Below, piece by piece: positions 41,589-49,689 of a stretch of 64,000 bases of DNA. This stretch comes from Candidatus Bathyarchaeota archaeon (lineage in GTDB: Archaea > Thermoproteota > Bathyarchaeia > Bathyarchaeales > Bathycorpusculaceae): NCBI GenBank assembly GCA_963702095.1, contig OY969706.1, forward strand, positions 1,408,001 through 1,472,000. The letters are read 5' to 3'. Below the pieces are notes generated by a model, which was not told the origin of the DNA, made no database searches, and saw only the letters and a program-made list of their open reading frames with translations. The translations under genes and the position numbers were made by a program. Numbering within the stretch: position 1 is the stretch's first letter; the number at the start of each line of letters is the position of its first letter.

Positions 41589-42683
41589 TTGAAACAAACC
41601 GTTAAATCAAAAAACACCCTTAAACATTACAGCCTTTTTGCAGTTCAGAGTGAGATTTTGAATTCTAACCTGATTAAATCGTCCCTGCGATGCTTCGCAA
41701 GTAACCGAGAGTTACGTTTCGCAGTCATACATGTAACCACCCGCTGCAACGCCCGATGCCTCGACCGATGCAACATCTGGGCTCAAGCACCCATTGACAT
41801 GCAATACAACGATGCTTGCTTAACCCTCGATGTGCTGGCTAAAAACCACTTTTCAATTGCCTATTTAACGGGTGGAGAAACTGGTTTGTACCCCCATTTA
41901 GTTGATGCAGTTAAATACGCTAAAGCTAAAGGGCTCGCTACTTCCATAACAACCAACGGCACCATCTCCAAAGAAAAGTTGGTGGCGATGCGCGGCACTT
42001 TGGATGTGTTGTCTGTTTCAGTAGATGACTGCAATGAGAAACGCTGGGACGAAATCAAACATGTAAAGGGAATATCCGCTAGGGCAAAAGAAACTATCAT
42101 GACTGCAAAGGCGTTAGGTATGAAAGTGTACGCGGTTACTTTTCTTAACCCCGCCTGGACACCCCTCGACGTGGAAAAAGTGATCCACTACGTTAATGAC
42201 GAATTAAATATCCCCTTCGCGCTATCTTACCCCTACATTTCATCTTACGAAGGCACATACAAAGTCGGCGGCAACCTCATTAAATCCAGCGATTACGTCA
42301 TAAAAATGAAGAGTTTAATACAAACAATCTTGGCAATGAAACTAAACGGTTCAAAAATAGCCACCACCACATGTTACCTAAGAGAAGTCATCAGAGCCCA
42401 TGAGAGCTTGCCCTTAAAGTACCCATGTAAAGCGGGAAGAACCATATTGGCGATTGACTGCAACCTAAACGTTTTTCCCTGCTACAAAAAAGAAAAGCTG
42501 TTTAACTTAAAAGATTATCAGAACCTGAATCTGCAACCCATTGACAGTTCAGCCTGCGACAACAAAAACTGCATGATTAACTGTTTCAAAGAAGCTTCTG
42601 CAGCCTCAAAAGAAACAGGGTTAAGAGCGGGTGTTGAAGAGTTCTTTTCTAATCCTCGATTCTATTTAGAGATACTAAGATGA
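41589..42683 (+). CDS. Radical SAM protein with SPASM-like C-terminus
   Basis: CNARCLDRC, LTGGE, ITTNG, SVSVD, PCKAG...VFPC, C...C...C. Confidence 0.85.
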   Translation: MKQTVKSKNTLKHYSLFAVQSEILNSNLIKSSLRCFASNRELRFAVIHVTTRCNARCLDRCNIWAQAPIDMQYNDACLTLDVLAKNHFSIAYLTGGETGLYPHLVDAVKYAKAKGLATSITTNGTISKEKLVAMRGTLDVLSVSVDDCNEKRWDEIKHVKGISARAKETIMTAKALGMKVYAVTFLNPAWTPLDVEKVIHYVNDELNIPFALSYPYISSYEGTYKVGGNLIKSSDYVIKMKSLIQTILAMKLNGSKIATTTCYLREVIRAHESLPLKYPCKAGRTILAIDCNLNVFPCYKKEKLFNLKDYQNLNLQPIDSSACDNKNCMINCFKEASAASKETGLRAGVEEFFSNPRFYLEILR

Positions 42684-42689
42684 CTCCAT

Positions 42690-43472
42690 TTATATGAGCC
42701 ATGAAGCAAGCTCATAAGCAAGCAGCAGCGAAGCATAGAAGGCTGCGCCGACCAAAAACAGAAACAGCCCCTTCCGCTTCACCGTGGGAATCTCGCTTCT
42801 TATCGCCTGATAAAAGATGGCGCCGGAAATAAACGCTAAAAGAACCGAGGCTTCAGCGACTTTCTCGGGAAAAAGGATAGAGGCAAGCAACCCTGCTAGG
42901 GGAATAAAGGTTGCGATGAGGCGGCCGTTTTTGCCATGTAAACCGGTGTATTGTTCAGTCATAGCGTTTTCGGCGACAAAGAGGTGCAGAGAAACCGCAA
43001 AGGTGTAAAATACGCCTGCGGCAGCGCTTTCTTGGTATTCGAACAGTAAAGAGAAGCTTAGGATCAACTGTAGAAAAGCAAGCGCAGCAAAATGCACATA
43101 GTACACTTTGGCGTTGGCCTGAGGGTTTTTTGCTACTTGATTTGTGGGGTGCACGGTTTTTTTGGAGTCTACAGCCAGGCATTCAAGAGCGAAAAAAAGC
43201 AGAAAACCGAAAAACACCACAAAGAAGATGGCGTCCTCATAAATGATTGTTGGAAAATAAGCGCCGCTTAGTGTTTGGAAGCTCTCTTTTGAATTTTCGA
43301 CGCTGGGCAACAAATCTAAGAAAACAAACCCTGCAGTTATACCGCTAAAGAGTGACAGGATTTGGCGTTTGTATTTTCCAGCGTAAACTCGTATTTTAAG
43401 TGAGTAAAAGTTTACGAGGGCAAAGACTATTGCTGAAACAATGGCAAGTATGATTGGGTAGAGAAAAACTAT
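42690..43472 (-). CDS. ZIP-like metal transporter / membrane protein; start uncertain
   Basis: Frame is open ~53 codons upstream of the track start (SLFSGITAGFVFLDLLP); AVSLHLF and AFISGAIFY..I..EIP. Confidence 0.6.
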   Translation of the reverse strand: MVFLYPIILAIVSAIVFALVNFYSLKIRVYAGKYKRQILSLFSGITAGFVFLDLLPSVENSKESFQTLSGAYFPTIIYEDAIFFVVFFGFLLFFALECLAVDSKKTVHPTNQVAKNPQANAKVYYVHFAALAFLQLILSFSLLFEYQESAAAGVFYTFAVSLHLFVAENAMTEQYTGLHGKNGRLIATFIPLAGLLASILFPEKVAEASVLLAFISGAIFYQAIRSEIPTVKRKGLFLFLVGAAFYASLLLAYELASWLI

Positions 43473-43522
43473 GCCTCCCTGAGGTAGTTAAATTTAGAAA
43501 AAAGGGCTGTTGACGTCGCTCT

Positions 43523-43840
43523 TTAGAGTCGTGCCAATAAGCCCATTATTGCTCCGATAATGACAAGCCAAGCCGCGAACCATGCGCCGATTAGCGATGC
43601 GAATATTCCACAGAGAATCAACAGTATGGCGGTTGGGAACCTATGGACAAACCTTGCGCCACCCGCACAGATTAATCCCAATACCAACATTATAATGCCC
43701 CAGAAGAATATGCTAAGTGAAAACGCTGGATAAAAAATTAACCAGAAAATCCCTAAAATTCCAGCGATCCCTAAGAAAATAAAGATTAAGCCGCCTATCA
43801 AAGCCATGATAAAACCAATGTTAGCTAAAAATCTGTTCAA
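43523..43840 (-). CDS. Small Gly-rich multi-TM membrane protein
   Basis: GGAGGAGGTGA RBS before TTG; 4 hydrophobic helices. Confidence 0.65.
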   Translation of the reverse strand: MNRFLANIGFIMALIGGLIFIFLGIAGILGIFWLIFYPAFSLSIFFWGIIMLVLGLICAGGARFVHRFPTAILLILCGIFASLIGAWFAAWLVIIGAIMGLLARL

Positions 43841-44057
43841 GAATTCACCTCCTCCGACAACAGTTCTCATGTTTGGAGGAACACTAAAAACGGTTAATGG
43901 CTACAGCGTTTTAAGGGTTTGTGTTAACATTTTAGGAGCTACAATTGTTCAACAAAATACATAGCGGATGTTACTTTTATGCTCTCCATATATACTTTTA
44001 TGGCGACATAGTGTAGCAAACAAATGCTTTTACCGCACTCATACAGAGTTTTAAAAG

Positions 44058-44378
44058 GTGAAAGTTTTGATAAATGCAGAAAAAATCAAGGGCAAAAAAG
44101 TATTTACCTACAGGGGCATGCTGATGGGTGAAGTAGACGCTGTTCAAATCGACGAGAACAACTGGACAATCACAGAAGTCGACGTTGCCTTAGACAAAGA
44201 AATGGAGAAACTCTTCGACGTTAAATCAGGGAGGATGTCCACGACTATTGTACCGGTGCAAATCAGTATGATGGGTCCAATTGGGCCAGACAGTATTGCG
44301 TTGAAAGAAGAGATACAGAATCCCAAAGAATACCTTGAAAAAGCGTCTTCTGAAAGACAACGAATTATACACAGGTAA
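44058..44378 (+). CDS. PRC-barrel domain protein
   Basis: IKGKKVF...G.LMGEVDAVQIDENNW; paralog of 40012-40311. Confidence 0.75.
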   Translation: MKVLINAEKIKGKKVFTYRGMLMGEVDAVQIDENNWTITEVDVALDKEMEKLFDVKSGRMSTTIVPVQISMMGPIGPDSIALKEEIQNPKEYLEKASSERQRIIHR

Positions 44379-44559
44379 TCCAGCCCAACCCCTTTTTTTT
44401 ATCAGTTAGGAATGGTTCAGGCCCCACATCAGCAGTAGCATAAACCGCCAATATGATACTCCAAAAGACATATTCATGCATTCCCAAAGGCAGGGTGATT
44501 GCTTGATAGAGGGCACTTTTAAAAAGAAATATTACGTAAGAAAAGCCTGCCATGTGCTT

Positions 44560-44785
44560 CTATGTTGCCAGTTTTACAGGGCTCTCTGGGCAATTCTCTT
44601 GGAAGATAGATTTGGGTTTTTACGTAGCCTTTGGCTAGGAGCGGCAAACATAAGCGTTGGCATTTCACGATTATGGCACCGGGGGTTTTTTGGAGTTAAG
44701 CTGCAACTTCATCCATGCTTGCGCCTGCTTCGACGAGCATTTTTAATTGGGTTTCCTGTGCGGAGGTCCATTTTTTACCTGCCAT
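44560..44785 (-). pseudogene. Pseudogene of an HTH (GK.WT..EE..L-type) protein
   Basis: MAGKKWTSAQETQLKMLVEAGASMDEVAA*LQKTPGAIIVKC, then frameshifted RL.LPL...IYLPRELP; 3' limit approximate. Confidence 0.5.
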
Positions 44786-44933
44786 CTTTAAGTCACCAAC
44801 CAATTGCTGGGTGAAGCGGGCTTTTAAAGAATTTTCACAAAATAAAATGCCGATTGTAAATACAGAAATATTGAGGCTATTTACAAAAAACTTAACTTCC
44901 CCATTTATGTTAGAGTGCCCTAGGGATTTGATT

Positions 44934-45578
44934 ATGGATAGGTCAGCAGTTATTTTGGCAGGTGGCGCTGCAAAGCGCTTCGAAGGCAATGACAAAGGCC
45001 TCTTTGAACTGGATGGGAAACCATTGTTGAACCATGTTGTGGACGCGGTGAAAGGGCTTGTAGACGAAGTAATCATAGTCACCAATAGCCAGGAACGGGC
45101 GGATGCCTACGCCAAAATCGTTTCCACAAAAGCCAAATTCGCCATAGATAAAGAAAAATCGATGGGTCCCTTGGTGGGTGCATTGACCGGCTTTGAAGCC
45201 GCAGAGGGCGAGTATTGCCTGCTTTTGCCCTTTGACAGTCCCTTCGTCTCCAGAGACGTCCTCTCGTTGCTCCTTGACCTGTGTGTGAGCAAAGCTGCTG
45301 TGGTTCCACGGTACCCAGACCAGGAAATTGAACCATTGCACGCTGTCTACAACCGCAGCAGAGCCCTCGAAGCCGCTGAAGAAGCTCTCGCAGAGGGACA
45401 ATCTGATATGCGTTCTATGGTTGAGAAGCTGCGGGGGGTACGTTATGTTTCTACGATGGTGATTGAACAGCTCGATCCAGAGCTTAAAACGTTTGTTAAC
45501 ATTAATGCGCCGCTGGATCTAAAGAAAGCTGAAGCGATGAGCAAACCTAAACCCAAAAAGTTCAAAAAGAAAACATAG
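44934..45578 (+). CDS. mobA: Molybdenum cofactor guanylyltransferase
   Basis: ILAGGAAKRF..DKG, GPLVG, DSPF, EPLHAVY, F.NINAP.DL. Confidence 0.85.
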   Translation: MDRSAVILAGGAAKRFEGNDKGLFELDGKPLLNHVVDAVKGLVDEVIIVTNSQERADAYAKIVSTKAKFAIDKEKSMGPLVGALTGFEAAEGEYCLLLPFDSPFVSRDVLSLLLDLCVSKAAVVPRYPDQEIEPLHAVYNRSRALEAAEEALAEGQSDMRSMVEKLRGVRYVSTMVIEQLDPELKTFVNINAPLDLKKAEAMSKPKPKKFKKKT

Positions 45579-45609
45579 TCTTTGTTAAAACGTCCGCTTG
45601 CCTGCAGGG

Positions 45610-45806
45610 GCACGCCTGCAAGGATAAACTCAACATAGTTTCACACACACAAGAATTCGACTTCAACAATGAAGCATATACCGCATGTGGAAGAAATCAG
45701 CTTTCTCACACCTAACAGGCGTTGAAAACTGTTGCAATCCCAAAAAGCAATCGCCCCCAACTGCCGTTTTGTGGCACCCCGCAAACTGCCACACCCACAT
45801 AAAGAG
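45610..45806 (+). repeat. Left arm of a ~197-bp imperfect inverted repeat
   Basis: Colinear with the reverse complement of 47952-48147; core 45762-45806 matches at 43/45. Confidence 0.9.
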
Positions 45807-46033
45807 TGTTGAAGTGTCTGGTTAGATTGCAACGCGCAGCATGTTATTTGTGTTTGATGTATATTTTGGGGTTTGTGGGGCAGCAAATAGTTGGGTGGTT
45901 GTGCTCTGTAGTGGGGGTTTTTAGGGGTGTTGTGGTTTTTCCGTACTTATTTTTGATTCTTATGGTGCTTTCATAAGTCAGTTATATGGCTTCTGCATAT
46001 GTGGTTTGCATTGTATTGGAGGATGATGTGTGT

Positions 46034-46213
46034 ATGAAACCGATTGCGGATAAAAACAGAAAAGAGTTGGAAGCAAAATTAGCGGATGTTTTCGATCAAG
46101 AAATCACCGGCTTGTCAACCGAATTGCGTCAAATATTACTAGATGACCTAGTGACAGCATTCGAAAATAGAATAAACGTGTTAAACAACACCATAGAAAA
46201 AACAGCCCTCTAA
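46034..46213 (+). CDS. Small helical hypothetical protein (59 aa)
   Basis: GGAGG upstream; MKPIADKNRKELEAKLADVF...ILLDDLVTAFENRINVL. Confidence 0.7.
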   Translation: MKPIADKNRKELEAKLADVFDQEITGLSTELRQILLDDLVTAFENRINVLNNTIEKTAL

Positions 46214-46299
46214 CACCAAGCATGGACACTAATATTGATTAGTAATACATAAACATTTTATACATAAAACGAGAACTACACCCAAAGAGGAAAACACCA

Positions 46300-46593
46300 G
46301 TGCGTCGATCAAAACTCGAAATGTATGTAGATATCCTAACCGTACTTGCACACCGTGGACCACTCAAACTAACCCACGTAATGTACAAAGCCAACGTCAA
46401 CTGCAGCGTCCTAAAAGAATACCTCGACTTCCTCCTAAAACAAGGCCTAGTCGAAGAACGCACCATAGGCAAACGACGAGTAGTCTTCGCAGTAACCCAA
46501 CGCGGCATAACAGTCCTCAAATACTTCAAAGAACTAAAACAAGTACTCCCCATAGTCGAAGAAGCCCGAAACCAAGCCCCAGTCCCCTACTAA
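46300..46593 (+). CDS. Winged-helix DNA-binding protein (archaeal RRS.LE...DIL family)
   Basis: MRRSKLEMYVDIL, LTHVMYKANVN, YLDFLLKQGLV, VTQRG. Confidence 0.85.
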   Translation: MRRSKLEMYVDILTVLAHRGPLKLTHVMYKANVNCSVLKEYLDFLLKQGLVEERTIGKRRVVFAVTQRGITVLKYFKELKQVLPIVEEARNQAPVPY

Positions 46594-46737
46594 ACCCACC
46601 TCCCCCACCCCTACACAAACACCCAACCCACACACAACAAACAACTAAAATTTTATTACTTTAAAATTCATAGTTTACTGTCGTAAGACTTAATAAACTG
46701 CACATAGCTTAAGTATGCATTAACGGTATAGCGTCAA

Positions 46738-47145
46738 ATGATTTGGGGTTATGATGTGATTAGGAACGATTTGTCGAGTAAGAGACCTTTGAGTATTTTG
46801 GAGAAGATTGAGGAGAGTTTGGAGAGGTTGAATGCGAAGATGGAGGTTATGATTGAAATTCAGAGGAATAGTAGTGGTTCGGTGAAGGCTGCAGCTGTGT
46901 TGGGTGATGCTTCTTTGGATGTGATGACTTTGTTGTCTATGCCTGATCATTTGCGTAAGACTGCTATGACTATTTGTCGTGCGGGGCGGGCTACTGCGGA
47001 GGAGATTTCTGTGCAGACGACGCGGGCTCGTGCTGTTGAGAGTGCTTATCTTAATCAGTTGGTTATTATGGGTTATTTGAAGAAGGAGCGGAGGGGCCGA
47101 AAAGCGTACTTCTTCGTTGACCGTGAAGTGGAACCGCAGAGTTGA
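46738..47145 (+). CDS. Coiled-coil plus C-terminal winged-helix protein; start uncertain
   Basis: LEKIEESLERLNAKME coiled coil; LLSMPDHLRKT...ATAEEIS..T.RARAVESAYLNQLV.MGYL.KERRGRK.YF. Confidence 0.75.
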   Translation: MIWGYDVIRNDLSSKRPLSILEKIEESLERLNAKMEVMIEIQRNSSGSVKAAAVLGDASLDVMTLLSMPDHLRKTAMTICRAGRATAEEISVQTTRARAVESAYLNQLVIMGYLKKERRGRKAYFFVDREVEPQS

Positions 47146-47149
47146 TTTT

Positions 47150-47929
47150 ATGAGTAAAATTGTAGCTGTACACTCCTATAAAGGCGGCACAGGCAAAACC
47201 TCGATGGCGGTTAATTTGGCAGCCACTTTGGCTAAAGCTGGCAGAAAAGTCTGCATCTTCGATTTAGACTTTCGGGCGCCAAGCCTCTTTGCCATCTTAA
47301 AAGCCCAAAACGTCGAGTACTGGCTAAACGATTACCTAAACAACACCTGCGAAATAAACAAAACCCTCCTTGACCTCAGCAGCAGAATCAGCGGAAACGG
47401 CAAATTCTACGCTTGCCTAGCAAACCCCGCCACCGAAGCCATACGGGACATATCCAGCAAAGACCGCAAATGGGAAATGCGTGCCTTGGGCCGTTTACTG
47501 GCGCTGCGGGATACGTTGCTGCGCGACCAAAAATTCGACTACTTAATCTTTGACACCAGCCCGGGCCTGCAGTACTCCAGCATCAACGCCATCGTAGCCG
47601 CTGACTTCGTGGTGGTAGCAACCACAGGCGACCGCAGTGATGTAGATGGAACCAAACGCATGCTAGCTGAACTCTACAACCTCTTCGAAAAGAAAACCGG
47701 GTTGGTACTAAACAAGGTGCTTGATCCCTCAGCGACGTCACGGAAGATGGAGATGGCGGCAAAAGTCAAAGCCGACTACCAAGTGCCCCTGCTGGGCATC
47801 GTGCCATGCTTCTGCGAAATCCTACGCGCCGAAGGCAACTACATCTTCGTCGAAGACAAACCCGATCATCCCTTCACAAGAATCGTTGCTGAAATGGCTA
47901 AAAAAATAGAGAACAACGAAGTAAACTAG
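47150..47929 (+). CDS. ParA/MinD family ATPase
   Basis: Deviant Walker A KGGTGKT, DLD..AP, DYLIFDTSPG, VLNKV; 4 bp after the upstream wHTH gene. Confidence 0.9.
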   Translation: MSKIVAVHSYKGGTGKTSMAVNLAATLAKAGRKVCIFDLDFRAPSLFAILKAQNVEYWLNDYLNNTCEINKTLLDLSSRISGNGKFYACLANPATEAIRDISSKDRKWEMRALGRLLALRDTLLRDQKFDYLIFDTSPGLQYSSINAIVAADFVVVATTGDRSDVDGTKRMLAELYNLFEKKTGLVLNKVLDPSATSRKMEMAAKVKADYQVPLLGIVPCFCEILRAEGNYIFVEDKPDHPFTRIVAEMAKKIENNEVN

Positions 47930-47951
47930 CCCTCTTTTCTTTTGTGCTTCT

Positions 47952-48147
47952 CTCTTTATGTGGGTGTGGCGTTTTGCGGGGTGCCACAAAACGGCAACTG
48001 AGGACGGTTGTGTTTTGCGGTTGCAACGGTTTTCTGCGCCTGTTTCGGTGTGGGATATGTGTTTTCTTCCACACACCCTGCATGGCTCCATGTACAGCCT
48101 TTTTCTTGTGTGTGTGAATCCATGTTGAGTTTGTTCTGTAGGCGTGC
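47952..48147 (-). repeat. Right arm of the ~197-bp imperfect inverted repeat
   Basis: Reverse complement of 45610-45806. Confidence 0.9.
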
Positions 48148-48335
48148 ATTGAAGGGTGTTTCTAGTAGCCTCTAAACGTAACGTGTAATCTTGAGGGGGG
48201 CTCAAAGGTTCCAGCGGCAAGCAGAAGCCACTCCGGACAGGGCAAATGATTTTCCCGCCTTGGAAAAGCAAAAACCGTACCCAAACTTTAACAGCAAGAC
48301 CCCTCGCCTAGAAGCTTGGAGAAAACGATACAGTT

Positions 48336-48455
48336 ATGTCCAAAGAATTTATAAACAAATGCCCTTATTGCGGAAGCAGCAACCTAGAATGCTCAGAAAA
48401 AGAAGCCAAATGCAACGACTGCGGAATGGGCAAGTACACCGAAGGCAAACGGTAA
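48336..48455 (+). CDS. 39-aa zinc-ribbon microprotein
   Basis: Not in the track: MSKEFINKCPYCGSSNLECSEKEAKCNDCGMGKYTEGKR (CPxCG...CxxCG). Confidence 0.65.
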   Translation: MSKEFINKCPYCGSSNLECSEKEAKCNDCGMGKYTEGKR

Positions 48456-48512
48456 AACTTTGCCAAAAATGAACTTTTGAGCTCCGAAAAGAAGCGGGTT
48501 AGAGGTGAAAAG

Positions 48513-48686
48513 ATGACATCAAAAAAATCAAAACAATACGACATAACAAACAAAACACCTAGCAAATACAAACCCAAACAAGCCGCCGCCGAAAAGAAAA
48601 ACAAAAACACCAAAAAAATCGACACCTTCCTACCCATACCAAAAGAAGAAAAACCCAAAAAACAACAAACCGCAACAAAAAAATAA
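48513..48686 (+). CDS. Lys-rich basic microprotein (57 aa)
   Basis: GAGGTG RBS; MTSKKSKQYDITNKTPSKYKPK... Confidence 0.5.
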   Translation: MTSKKSKQYDITNKTPSKYKPKQAAAEKKNKNTKKIDTFLPIPKEEKPKKQQTATKK

Positions 48687-49039
48687 CCTGCCCCCTCTCC
48701 CCAAATTAACCGTTAGAACGCCCAACTAAGAGAAAAGCCCGATTTCGCCACCATATTGCTTTTTAACGCCCGTTTAGATGTCGGTGCAGATGTCCCCTCG
48801 GTATGGGCGCTCCCAATTCAGCAGTGGATAGTAGATTTGTTTGTGGTTAGGTTTTGGGTGGTGTCTGCTTGGTTTGGGTGTGGGTTTGTAATTCAGATTG
48901 GCGGCTGTTTAGTGATGTTTGATAAGTTATTGTTTGTGGGTTGCATGGGTTTTTCAGCTCTGAGTTGTTGTTTATTGGCAATCACAAATTAATTTAACTT
49001 GCAAAGCTATCATTTACTTGGCAAAAGCATTGTTTTTGT

Positions 49040-49333
49040 TTGGGTCGGAGCATTTTTTTGTTTTATCCAGTTAAAGAGAAGTCGTGGAGTGTTTTCTTAG
49101 TAAAAGGGTACGTCTGCAACGATCAAGTCCGGGCTAAAGGCTGTATGAACTGCAGGTCAACAACTCAGGCCTTAACCGCTAACCACCACAATCCCAACCT
49201 GCTGCTCTACGGTTGCCGCGACAGCAAATGCAAGCATCGTTTAGTCCGCTTGGATTTTGAGCAGGATTGCTTAGCGTCCGGGGAATTGTCTTCTTCGGAG
49301 GCGCCTGATTCGGTTGGCGTAGGGTTGGCTTAG
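49040..49333 (+). CDS. Cys-rich hypothetical protein
   Basis: C...CMNC...C....CKH pattern; start uncertain. Confidence 0.4.
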   Translation: MGRSIFLFYPVKEKSWSVFLVKGYVCNDQVRAKGCMNCRSTTQALTANHHNPNLLLYGCRDSKCKHRLVRLDFEQDCLASGELSSSEAPDSVGVGLA

Positions 49334-49606
49334 ACAGTTTTTGGGCGGGTTTCTGCGTATTTTTTCCTTCAGTTTGTAGAATGCAGGTTTGCCGCCCACG
49401 GCTAAAGCGAAAAACAGGCAGCCCACTCCTACGGCGCGGTAGATTATGATTGAGAAAAGTATTGCATTGGGGTAGGGTATGTTTAGGGTGGCGGCTAGGA
49501 CTGCTGCAAAAGTTGGATGGATAATCATTTCGTCAAAGGTGGGTATTAGAAGGTATGCGGCGGCAGCCAGCATCAAAGCGGCAAAAGCTATTTTTCCAAA
49601 ACGCAT
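49271..49606 (-). CDS. Small membrane protein
   Basis: Hydrophobic, YLLIPTFDE..IHP motif; 3' end overlaps the convergent ORF. Confidence 0.55.
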   Translation of the reverse strand: MRFGKIAFAALMLAAAAYLLIPTFDEMIIHPTFAAVLAATLNIPYPNAILFSIIIYRAVGVGCLFFALAVGGKPAFYKLKEKIRRNPPKNCLSQPYANRIRRLRRRQFPGR

Positions 49607-49689
49607 GTCGCTTCAAACAATATACTTATATCCACCCCATATAGAGGTTATAAAAAAAATAAAAGGGGGAATTAAATGTTTAATTCTCT

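Noticed and set aside
45641-48271. Track ORFs overlapping the inverted-repeat arms (45641-45886, 47822-48271, 47898-48149)
   Set aside because: The two arms do not conserve a common reading frame or protein, which argues for non-coding function
48195-48275. GTTCCAGCGGCAAG as a possible ORB (replication origin) element
   Set aside because: Single partial match, no orc1/cdc6 nearby and no clear AT-rich unwinding element between paired ORBs
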